Source: an uncultured Thermoplasmatales archaeon
GTDB taxonomy: Archaea; Thermoplasmatota; E2; UBA202; DSCA01
Assembly (NCBI GenBank): GCA_964514975.1
Contig: CAZESS010000001.1
Location: 55,845-119,844 of the forward strand
Direction: 5' to 3'
Length of the DNA stretch: 64,000 nt
Positions 8,959 through 17,841 of this stretch are shown piece by piece (within the stretch, counting starts at the first letter, position 1; each line of letters starts with the position of its first letter). The position numbers and the translations under genes were made by a program. The notes beneath the pieces were generated by a model, which was given only the letters and a program-made list of their open reading frames with translations, did no database searches and was not told the DNA's origin.

Positions 8959-11900
8959 ATGAAAGAAAAAATTGTAACCCTACTAACGGTAAGCTTGCTG
9001 ATACTCGCTGGTCTGTCTTCACTGGCAGGCGGCCAATCAGCCGCGGACAGCACAGCGCCTGTAGAAGGCGCATCGGTCAATCTAGCTTGGACTGATGGCA
9101 CATACACTGACGGGAACTCTACCTCCACTAACGCTACCGGCTACTATGAAATGAATGTGGCAGAGGGAACCGTAAATATCACGGTGGAACATTCAGACAC
9201 ACAGGAGAACGAAACCCTGAATGTCAAAAATTTCACGGGTAACTTCACCGTCGCTGACTGTCCATCCACATACTGGAAAAACATAACGTTGCCCGCCTTT
9301 CCGCAGGACAACGCCACCCTCGTCGGGACCGTCTACGACAATAGCACCGGCGACCCCGTCGAGGCCGATATTAGCATATCATTCACCGGCAGCTACTTTA
9401 CCGGCAGCAACAGCACGACCTGCGCCACCGATGGATCCTACAGCATAGATCTTCCTCCATCGGAAGTGACGGTCACCGCCGATGCGACGGGATACTATTC
9501 AGCGTCCAATACGACTACTATCGGCGAGGAGACGAAAACCCTTAACGTCTATTTGGAACCGGAGCCACCTGAAACAGCCACGGTCAAAGGATACGTTACC
9601 AACAGCGACAACGGCACAGGCATAGAGAACATGTTTTTGTATTTCTCTAGTCTAAACTCCAGCTATTCCAACTACACGTATAGTAATGCAGACGGATACT
9701 ACGAATGCGACCTTGCTGCAGAAAACTTCAGCATTTCTCCATATCCGGATGAATATTTCTCGAACTCCACTATGTTTGAGCTAAACGACAGCGAGGTTAA
9801 ATGGGTTAACATGTCCTTTATTCCGACTCCGCCGGACAACGCCTGGGTGGAAGGACATGTGTATGATAATGCAACCGGTTCACCGCTTGCCAATGCAGGT
9901 GTCTCTGTTTCCGGCTCTTCTCGCCTCGATTTCTATAATTACAGCCACTATTTCAACAACGGAACTATGACTAACAGCAGCGGCTATTACAATGTTTCAA
10001 TCCCGGCTGTCGAAGCAGTTGAACTCTATACTTATTATAAAAATAAAACAGAAATATATTCCATATATGCATATAAAGCCGACTACTTTGACAATAGCAG
10101 CAGTGGGGACATCATCGAGCCGGGCGGTGTCATGGTCAGAGACATCAATCTGACGGCCAAGCCACCAGAAAACTGCATCGTGAAAGGGTATATCAACCAG
10201 AGTGGAGCCCCATCTGGCAATACGCCGCCGTCGGCGTCGTTCACGATTGAGCCGGGTAGTATTTCGACGGGTGAGACGGTTTATTTCAATAGCACCTCGA
10301 CGGATAGTGACGGCAGCATCGCGAGCTGGAGCTGGGAGTTCGGCGATGGCTCCACTGCGACGGGTGCGGAGGTGACGCATAGCTACAGCGATGATGGCAG
10401 CTACACGGTGAATCTGACGGTTGCGGATGATGACGGCGCCAGCGACACTGCCAGTGAGACGGTGACTGTGGGTGCTGATATCTATGTCGATGACGATGCT
10501 CCTGATAGCTGGTATGACGCCACTCATGTCCACACCATTCAGGAAGGAGTAGATAATGCAACAGCTGGCGATACCATATTAACAGAACCAGGAGAATATG
10601 AGGAAAATATTGATATTTATAGATCAAATATCACGCTCAGGTCAAGCGAGAGTCATGAAGCAGTTATCAATGGCTCGGTAGAGATAACAGCAGATGGAGT
10701 AACCGTTGAAGGTATGAATATAACCAACGCTGATTATTATGAACTCCCTCAGAATTCTGGTACAGTTGGTATTTATGTAAACCAATCAGAGGATGGCTTT
10801 GAGGTTGACTTACGGGACAATAGAATCGCCGGAGCAGATTATGGAATCTATATAAGGGATAAAAACGAGGGGCATGGTGGTTTGGCAACCATAGAAGGGA
10901 ATGACATCACAGATATCGAAGAACACGCTATCTTCTTCCACGCTCATGGAACCTATACAGTTGAACACGTTACCGTAACCAACAACACCATTACAGACAG
11001 CGTTAAAGGCATAAAGATATACGCATGTGATCAATCCATAATAGAGACTGTAACCGTAGAAAACAATACTTTCAAAGAAGAAAAATCCGATAAGGGTCAT
11101 GCCATCCGTGTACATGCCGGAGGCGGCTGGGAAGCAGATGAATACGGGGGCCGTATAGATGCGGTGACAATTGATAATAACATCGTTATCGGAGAAATAG
11201 ACAGTGACCAAGGACATGGAATCCGGGTTCACTCAGGTTATTTGAGTCGTGGCATCGGCAGCGTTGATATAACTGACAACGTGGTTGAATACCCTGGAGA
11301 GCAGGGAATCAGAGTGCAGTTGCATGGAAACTCTACAGAGGAAGGAGTAACCATCACAGACAACGAAGTAACAGGAAATGACTTTACAAAGAAGGGCATT
11401 CGAGTAGATACTGCCTCTTCTGAGCCTGGTCATATTATTACATTGAAGGATGTAGTTGTTGAGAACAACCTTGTCACCGAAATCGATGGTAGCGACAAGA
11501 ACGTTATAGGAATTCGTGTCAAGGCAGGAGGATACGATGACGCTACTCATATTGAAAATGTTAGCGTAATAGGAAACGAGGTTACTGATGGTGCCGGAGA
11601 AGGAATCCGCGTCCAAACAGGAGGAATAGACGAAAACATAAGCACCATGGGGACAGTAATCGTAGAAAACAACACTGTAACCGATAATGAAGAACGAGGA
11701 ATCCGTGTCCACGCAGGGGCAGGAAATTATTCGAAATCTTCTCATCCGGACAGTTATCCCACTGGATCTAGTATTGATACGGCAATTGTTGAAGGTAATA
11801 TTGTCATTGATAATGGTGTTATCGGAGTTCGGGTCAGTGCAGGTAATAACTCCATTGTTAGCACGGCAACTATCGAAGACAACTACGTCGAAGGACACAA

Positions 11901-13821
11901 GGTAGGAATCTGGGATCGTGCATGTGATGAGGGAATCATTAAATCGTTGACCATCGATGAAAACGAAGTCAAGAAAAACACCGAATTCGGCATTTTGCTC
12001 GATGACGGGTCTTGGGAATGTCCTAGAAGTGGGAGGACAAATCCTAGTGGCGCTATAGAAAGCGTTAACGTCACAAAAAACATGATTGAAGGCAATGGAG
12101 CGGGTGTTTTTGTTTTTGATATCAATGGAGACACTGAATCAGCAGTCACAATCAACTACAACAACATTAGCAACAACACCTGGGGCATTCAGGTGCATGA
12201 GACCTATCAGGACGACATCGTTGACAACGAGTTCTGGTACAACGGCGACAGTGCCAGCGGAAATGGCGGCGCAATCAATCTCTCTCGGGTCAACGACACC
12301 TATCTCTCCGGAAACACCCTGCGGTACAATTATCACGGCGTATGGATGGAGAACTGCGAGGACAACCTAGTTGAGTACAATGACATCCAACAAACGTTGC
12401 CCGATTGCGATGGGAGTCCCTCTGAGATTCCCCCAATCGGCGTTGTAATTGTTGAGAGTGACTCCTTCAATGTCATCCAGCACAACAACGTTTCCAGTTA
12501 TCCTATTGGAATAGCTTTGGCGGAAACGACGCACGAGAAGGTGAGATACAACGACGTTTCGTTCAACATGTACGGCGTGTTGCTAGCTCAGACTAGCCTC
12601 AGCAATATCATCGGAAACGAGATATACAGCAACAGCGAAGACGGCGTCCTCTTTCAGGAATCCGACCACAATAACCTGACGGGAAACCACATATACGACA
12701 ACACCATCGGCGTGAACTTCACCACCTCTCCCTACAACAACCTGACCGGCAACGACATATTGAACAACGCCGACAAAGGCATCCACCTGTATATGGGTTC
12801 CAGCTACAACAACCTCACCGAAAACTATGTGGCTGACAACAACTACGGCATCTACCTCGAGGGCTCATCGACCACACTCCCCGAAAATATCACCATCCGC
12901 GACTGCGTTGCATCCGGCAACGCAGAGCACGACTTCTTTGCCACCGACCATACAGTCAACACGACGGTCACCAACCTCACCGTGTCCAGCTATCCGACAT
13001 CGGTTGATTTCACCTATGGATATGGCATCGCACTGAAGGGTGTTGCGCATGCAGAGCTGCATCCCAATCCTGGCTACGCTGACATCGGCAAGTTCTTGAA
13101 TATCACCAACGTGACCGCGACCTCGTGGATCAACATCAGCATCCATTACGAGGAGGACGACCTCGACCAAACGGATGAGGATACGCTGATGCTCCATCGG
13201 CTGAACGATACATCATGGGAGCTAGCGAATCCGGACTACGAGATGGTCAACACGGCTGACAACTATCTGCGGGCCAACCTATCCGAGTTCAGCATCTTCG
13301 GCGTGTTCGGTGATTTCACCCGGTACTGGATGAACCTGTCGGAGGGCTGGAACATGGTCACGCTGCCGGTGTGGAACAGCAGCTTCGTCAATGCGCAGGA
13401 TCTCGGCGAATGGATACCGGATTGCACGATGGTATCCCGGTGGAACCCCCAGGAGCAGATGTATGTCACCCATGTGGTTGGCTATGGATCAGGCTTCAAC
13501 CTGGTGAACGGCTCGGGCTACTTTGTATATGTGACCGCGGATGTGTCAAAGGAATACACGGGCATGGGGCAGGCAACGGCGAACCTGACCGTGATGGACG
13601 GCTACAACCTGCTCGGCTGGACGCAGACGATCGATACCAACGCTTCTGCATTGCTGGCATCGATCGAGAACTGCCTGAAGCTCGGCATGTATGACCCGGA
13701 AGATGGATGGCTGCCGCAGTATTTCGCTGGGTCGCCTGCACCGCTGAACTTCGAGGTCGTGGCGGGTGACGGCGTGTTCGTGTACGTCACCACGGGCAGC
13801 AGCACCTGGAACGGCAGCTAG
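8959..13821 (+). CDS. Giant secreted surface protein A (1620 aa): signal peptide, four CarboxypepD_reg-like beta-sandwiches, PKD domain, long right-handed beta-helix (PbH1/NosD-like), shared 284-aa C-terminal tail
   Basis: Signal peptide MKEKIVTLLTVSLLILAGLSSLAG. There are four G-x-V-x-D/N...GYY units (about 9060-10200). The PKD unit is WSWEFGDGSTATG...HSYSDDGSYTVNLTVADDDG (about 10224-10472). From about 10480 there are dozens of N-x-[IV]-x-x-N...G-I turns. The tail starts at 12967. There are many N-x-S/T sequons and no TM anchor. Track start 8941 (TTG) is replaced by ATG 8959. Confidence 0.85.
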   Translation: MKEKIVTLLTVSLLILAGLSSLAGGQSAADSTAPVEGASVNLAWTDGTYTDGNSTSTNATGYYEMNVAEGTVNITVEHSDTQENETLNVKNFTGNFTVADCPSTYWKNITLPAFPQDNATLVGTVYDNSTGDPVEADISISFTGSYFTGSNSTTCATDGSYSIDLPPSEVTVTADATGYYSASNTTTIGEETKTLNVYLEPEPPETATVKGYVTNSDNGTGIENMFLYFSSLNSSYSNYTYSNADGYYECDLAAENFSISPYPDEYFSNSTMFELNDSEVKWVNMSFIPTPPDNAWVEGHVYDNATGSPLANAGVSVSGSSRLDFYNYSHYFNNGTMTNSSGYYNVSIPAVEAVELYTYYKNKTEIYSIYAYKADYFDNSSSGDIIEPGGVMVRDINLTAKPPENCIVKGYINQSGAPSGNTPPSASFTIEPGSISTGETVYFNSTSTDSDGSIASWSWEFGDGSTATGAEVTHSYSDDGSYTVNLTVADDDGASDTASETVTVGADIYVDDDAPDSWYDATHVHTIQEGVDNATAGDTILTEPGEYEENIDIYRSNITLRSSESHEAVINGSVEITADGVTVEGMNITNADYYELPQNSGTVGIYVNQSEDGFEVDLRDNRIAGADYGIYIRDKNEGHGGLATIEGNDITDIEEHAIFFHAHGTYTVEHVTVTNNTITDSVKGIKIYACDQSIIETVTVENNTFKEEKSDKGHAIRVHAGGGWEADEYGGRIDAVTIDNNIVIGEIDSDQGHGIRVHSGYLSRGIGSVDITDNVVEYPGEQGIRVQLHGNSTEEGVTITDNEVTGNDFTKKGIRVDTASSEPGHIITLKDVVVENNLVTEIDGSDKNVIGIRVKAGGYDDATHIENVSVIGNEVTDGAGEGIRVQTGGIDENISTMGTVIVENNTVTDNEERGIRVHAGAGNYSKSSHPDSYPTGSSIDTAIVEGNIVIDNGVIGVRVSAGNNSIVSTATIEDNYVEGHKVGIWDRACDEGIIKSLTIDENEVKKNTEFGILLDDGSWECPRSGRTNPSGAIESVNVTKNMIEGNGAGVFVFDINGDTESAVTINYNNISNNTWGIQVHETYQDDIVDNEFWYNGDSASGNGGAINLSRVNDTYLSGNTLRYNYHGVWMENCEDNLVEYNDIQQTLPDCDGSPSEIPPIGVVIVESDSFNVIQHNNVSSYPIGIALAETTHEKVRYNDVSFNMYGVLLAQTSLSNIIGNEIYSNSEDGVLFQESDHNNLTGNHIYDNTIGVNFTTSPYNNLTGNDILNNADKGIHLYMGSSYNNLTENYVADNNYGIYLEGSSTTLPENITIRDCVASGNAEHDFFATDHTVNTTVTNLTVSSYPTSVDFTYGYGIALKGVAHAELHPNPGYADIGKFLNITNVTATSWINISIHYEEDDLDQTDEDTLMLHRLNDTSWELANPDYEMVNTADNYLRANLSEFSIFGVFGDFTRYWMNLSEGWNMVTLPVWNSSFVNAQDLGEWIPDCTMVSRWNPQEQMYVTHVVGYGSGFNLVNGSGYFVYVTADVSKEYTGMGQATANLTVMDGYNLLGWTQTIDTNASALLASIENCLKLGMYDPEDGWLPQYFAGSPAPLNFEVVAGDGVFVYVTTGSSTWNGS
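11050..11900 (+). repeat. Eight degenerate ~45-50-aa tandem repeats inside gene A (GIRVHAGG-type beta-helix coils)
   Basis: The motif recurs as GHAIRVHAGGG, GHGIRVHSG, QGIRVQLHG, KGIRVDTAS, IGIRVKAGG, EGIRVQTGG, RGIRVHAGAG and IGVRVSAGN. Each is preceded by V-x-[IV]-x-[DN]-N. The boundaries are approximate. Confidence 0.6.
12967..13821 (+). repeat. Copy 1 of the 855-bp 3' cassette shared by genes A, B and C
   Basis: Aligns without gaps to 16759-17613 (offset 3792) and 23335-24189 (offset 10368). The protein runs from VTNLTVSSYPTSVDF to WNGS. Confidence 0.9.
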
Positions 13822-13833
13822 CCCTCCCGCCAC

Positions 13834-13861
13834 TTTTTCCCTCTTTTTTTCTGTGTTTTTA
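13834..13861 (+). terminator. Oligo-T tracts after gene A (archaeal intrinsic-terminator-like)
   Basis: T5, T7 and T5 runs lie within 40 nt of the stop codon, in a pyrimidine-rich stretch (ccctcccgccactttttccctctttttttctgtgttttt). Confidence 0.5.
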
Positions 13862-13935
13862 TTGCAGAGTTAGGAAATTTTAAATACAGAATCCGGGTTT
13901 ATTCTTCACTCCATCGTAGGTAGGAGGCACAGATT

Positions 13936-16900
13936 ATGAAAGCAAGACATGCATATATCTTGGGAATTGTGGGAATAGCCGTGTTCATCGGAGTTATGGC
14001 GATGAACGCCGACGCAAGCGGAACCGAAGTCATATATTCAGATGACTTTGAGGCAGATGACGGTGGTTGGACCCCGTGGGCCAACTGGGATCCGGTTGGT
14101 GACTGGGAATGGACAGACACCTATGATGTCAGTAGTTATGCCGGTAGCCATAATCCGCCGACCGTGGCGCATTCCGGTGATGGTCTCTGGGGCACCGTGC
14201 TCTATGACGACTACACAAACTCCGGTGGCGAGACATACATCAGCAAGACCTTTGACTTTTCCGGCTATTCCAATGTAAACATGACCTTCTGGTACTGGAG
14301 CGACCTCTTCGGCACATGGGACTATGCAAAGCTATATGTCAACGGTGTAGAAGTCTGGTATGTTGACACCCAGCCCGGTACGGCCTGGGAGCAGGCGGCC
14401 ATCGACCTGTCCCCGTGGGACTACATGTCAGATGTCAACGTGACCTTCGAGGTGCATGCTAGCACCGTGGTGAACTATGCCGGCCTGTACATTGACGATT
14501 TCAATCTGACCGGTGTTCTATCACGCTATGTGGACGATGACTTCGATGCCGCCACGCCGGGCTGGGGCACGACACATTTCGACAGCATACAGGATGCCAT
14601 CGATGCTGCCGGCGAGGGCTGCACCATCTATGTCTGGGATGGCCTCTACAATGAGACCAACATCCATGTCGATAAGACCCTGACTATTATCGGAAACACC
14701 ACCGTTGATGCGATGACCGGCGCCGTATCGTGCAACACCAATGTCAACTACACCGACAAGGGTTTCATCGTTAAGGCGGACCATGTCAACATCTCGGGTT
14801 TCAACCTGACCAATAACGGCGTTATCGCTGGGTGTAGAGGCGTGCTGGTCAATCATTCCAGCCACTGTAATATCTCGGGTAACATTATCCAGGAGGACTA
14901 TGATGGCATCAAGCTCAACCACTCGGATGACAACATCGTGTACAACAACATCATCCGCAACCAGTCGATGTATGGCATCTGGCTGAACAATGCCAGCAAC
15001 AACGTGGTCAACTCGAACGGCATCTACAACAATTATATCGGCGTTTTCTATCAGCCAGAGATGATGTATCAGGTCATGCCCGCCTGCTGGAATACAATTG
15101 TGGGGAACAATATATCTCACAACGGCTGGGGCATCGAGATGTTCGGGACATATGAGGATGACATCCTGAGCAACACGTTCTGGTACAACGGGGAGATATC
15201 TGGAGGAAAGACACGTGAAAACGGTGGCCCTGCCGATGGCGGTGCAATCCATCTCCTTATGGCAAATGATACATACATCTCGGGCAATCACATGAAATAC
15301 AATTTTCAGGGCATCTGGATGGAGAACTGCGATGATAATGTGGTGGAGCACAACGAAATCAACCAGTCCATGATCATTCCCAACGGAAATGGTAGGTCCT
15401 ACCATATCTATGTCGAGGGCAAAGAGGGATGGACGCTGGTTGAAACGCTCCATCTTTCTCGCAACTATGAACGAACGACGGTTACGCTTCCATCCGGAGC
15501 AGGCGAATACCGTGTCCGTATCGTGCAGTCCGGCGGCGTGGCAGCTCATGTTGACCAGATGGTGCTGCTTGACGGTGAAACGGTTGTCCCCGTGTCTGCT
15601 GTCTGCGACGGAAGCGACATCGTAGAAAAGCTGTATGCCGTTGATAACGACGTGGCAGATATCTGGGAACGGACAATCGAGCTGACCTGGCAGGGCACTT
15701 TTGTCTCTCCAACACTGCTGCTGGTGGCGAACGAGGAACAGCCAGCCTATATTTCGCCCATCCGTACACCCTCTATTATGCATCCCACTCTGATGGAGTT
15801 GTACACGCTGGAGGACAGTGGTGCTATAATGGTGGACGGCGAGCCCGATGACCTTGCGGTGCCTGATTTTTCCGATTACTGGGCACCGACCAGTGGTCAC
15901 CCTGCCGGAGACACGTTGGTGTGGCTTCGGTCTGATGGCGAGTATCTTTATGGAGCGATGGAGGTAACCGCGGATAACACCTATGACATGACGGGCTGGG
16001 GTTCACTCTACATCGCGACCGATAATGTTGTGCGGGAGTTCCGAGTCGATGCATCCGATGAATCCTACGGCGTTGGTGGTTTTGTATACACCGACACCGT
16101 CGGCTGGCAGCACATGCTCTACGAGTTCCAGATACCGCTGGCGGACATCGATGCCTCCATCGGCGACACCATCCGGGTTGGCTACGGTAGCTACGGGACC
16201 CTTGGGGGTATGCCCGCAGGTGTGCAGATCGATGGCATGGACGGCGATGGCTCCTACAACGTTATCCAGTACAACAATATTTCAGGATATAACTCGGGCA
16301 TATATCTTGTCCACACGGACCATGAAGAAGTTTGGTACAACAACATCTCATCCAATGGATATGGGGTATACATAGATAACACCTGGTATAGCAACGTGAC
16401 ATGCAACCACATCTATAGCAACGGCGACGGTATCTATGCTTACTATGCAGAATACAACAATATCACCGGGAATGATATTGATAACAACCACCATGGGGTT
16501 GGCCTGACATATTATAGCAGGAACAACAATATCGCGGGCAACAATATACAGGATAACACCAACTGGGGTATTGCTCTCCATCCATATGCCGACAACAACC
16601 ATGTAATCGACAACGACATAGCAGCCAACCGCTATGGCATCTACATATCCGGGAATTCCCCCTCTTTTGCACCCGATGGCAATACCATCCTCGACTGCAG
16701 AGCCAGCACCAACACCATGTATGACTTTTACGCAACAAACTACACCTATAACACCGTCGTAACCAACCTCACCGTGTCCAGCTATCCGACATCGGTTGAT
16801 TTCATCTATGGCGACGGCATCGCGTTGAAGGGTGTTGCGCATGCAGAGCTGGCGTTGAATCCGGGCTATGCCGCCATTGACAAGTTCTTGAACATCACCA

Positions 16901-17613
16901 ACGTGACCGCGACCTCGTGGATTAACATCACCATTTATTACGAGCAGGATGACGTTAGCGAGACCGATGAGGATACGCTGGCGTTGCAGCGGCTGAACGG
17001 TACAGCCTGGGAGATGGCGTCTCCGGACTACGAGATGGTCAACATATGTGAAAACTATCTGCGGGCCAACCTATCCGAGTTCAGCATTTTTGGCGTGTTC
17101 GGCAACTTCTCCCGGTACTGGATGAACCTGTCGGAGGGCTGGAACATGGTATCGTTGCCGGTGTGGAACAGCAGCTTCGTCAATGCGCAGGATCTCGGCG
17201 AATGGATACCGGATTGCACGATGGTGTCCCGGTGGAACCCCCAGGAGCAGATGTATGTGACCCATGTTGTTGGCTATGGTTCCGGCTTCCAACTGGTGAA
17301 CGGCTCGGGCTATTTTGTATATGTGACCGCGGACGTGTCAAAGGAATACACGGGCATGGGGCAGGCAATGGTGAACCTGACGGTGATGGACGGCTACAAT
17401 TTGCTCGGTTGGACGCAGACGATCGATACCAATGCATCTGTGTTGCTGGCATCGATCGAGAACTGCCTGAAGCTCGGCATGTATGACCCCTCGCTTGGAT
17501 GGCTGCCGCAGTATTTCGCTGGGTCGCCTGCACCGCTGAACTTCGAGGTCGTGGCGGGCGACGGCGTGTTCGTGTACGTCACCACGGGCAGCAGCGCCTG
17601 GAACGGAACCTAG
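13936..17613 (+). CDS. Giant secreted surface protein B (1225 aa): signal anchor, MAM/jelly-roll-like N-domain, beta-helix interrupted by a non-helix insert, shared C-terminal tail
   Basis: GGAGG lies 9 nt upstream of the ATG. N-terminus is MKARHAYILGIVGIAVFIGVMAMNADA. The jelly-roll-like head reads FEADDGGW...W...YAKLYVNG...GLYIDDFNLTG. The helix starts at RYVDDDFD (14521). The insert spans about 15381-16200. The tail starts at 16759. Confidence 0.85.
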   Translation: MKARHAYILGIVGIAVFIGVMAMNADASGTEVIYSDDFEADDGGWTPWANWDPVGDWEWTDTYDVSSYAGSHNPPTVAHSGDGLWGTVLYDDYTNSGGETYISKTFDFSGYSNVNMTFWYWSDLFGTWDYAKLYVNGVEVWYVDTQPGTAWEQAAIDLSPWDYMSDVNVTFEVHASTVVNYAGLYIDDFNLTGVLSRYVDDDFDAATPGWGTTHFDSIQDAIDAAGEGCTIYVWDGLYNETNIHVDKTLTIIGNTTVDAMTGAVSCNTNVNYTDKGFIVKADHVNISGFNLTNNGVIAGCRGVLVNHSSHCNISGNIIQEDYDGIKLNHSDDNIVYNNIIRNQSMYGIWLNNASNNVVNSNGIYNNYIGVFYQPEMMYQVMPACWNTIVGNNISHNGWGIEMFGTYEDDILSNTFWYNGEISGGKTRENGGPADGGAIHLLMANDTYISGNHMKYNFQGIWMENCDDNVVEHNEINQSMIIPNGNGRSYHIYVEGKEGWTLVETLHLSRNYERTTVTLPSGAGEYRVRIVQSGGVAAHVDQMVLLDGETVVPVSAVCDGSDIVEKLYAVDNDVADIWERTIELTWQGTFVSPTLLLVANEEQPAYISPIRTPSIMHPTLMELYTLEDSGAIMVDGEPDDLAVPDFSDYWAPTSGHPAGDTLVWLRSDGEYLYGAMEVTADNTYDMTGWGSLYIATDNVVREFRVDASDESYGVGGFVYTDTVGWQHMLYEFQIPLADIDASIGDTIRVGYGSYGTLGGMPAGVQIDGMDGDGSYNVIQYNNISGYNSGIYLVHTDHEEVWYNNISSNGYGVYIDNTWYSNVTCNHIYSNGDGIYAYYAEYNNITGNDIDNNHHGVGLTYYSRNNNIAGNNIQDNTNWGIALHPYADNNHVIDNDIAANRYGIYISGNSPSFAPDGNTILDCRASTNTMYDFYATNYTYNTVVTNLTVSSYPTSVDFIYGDGIALKGVAHAELALNPGYAAIDKFLNITNVTATSWINITIYYEQDDVSETDEDTLALQRLNGTAWEMASPDYEMVNICENYLRANLSEFSIFGVFGNFSRYWMNLSEGWNMVSLPVWNSSFVNAQDLGEWIPDCTMVSRWNPQEQMYVTHVVGYGSGFQLVNGSGYFVYVTADVSKEYTGMGQAMVNLTVMDGYNLLGWTQTIDTNASVLLASIENCLKLGMYDPSLGWLPQYFAGSPAPLNFEVVAGDGVFVYVTTGSSAWNGT
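16759..17613 (+). repeat. Copy 2 of the shared 855-bp 3' cassette (the most divergent copy)
   Basis: Same length and frame as copies 1 and 3. Scattered substitutions include ALNPGYAAIDKF, YYEQDDVSETDED and the ending SAWNGT. Confidence 0.9.
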
Positions 17614-17630
17614 CCCCTTCCCCCCTCTCC

Positions 17631-17645
17631 TTTTCCCGTTTTTCT
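17631..17645 (+). terminator. Oligo-T tracts after gene B
   Basis: ccttttcccgtttttctc directly follows the stop codon. The pyrimidine-rich design matches the stretches after genes A and C. Confidence 0.45.
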
Positions 17646-17841
17646 CTCATATTTAAACAGGTAAAAGGCCAGATGGTGGTGAATACTATCCGCCTGAAAA
17701 ACGTTTGCCCCTGTGTTTTATAGCCATTATGTCCTGTATGGCATCTTTCGAGAGTATTTAGATAGGTTTTTATACTATGCACTTGTTATAATGTAATTCC
17801 ATAAACCATGGATATGTATAGGATATAGGAGGAATAAAACC

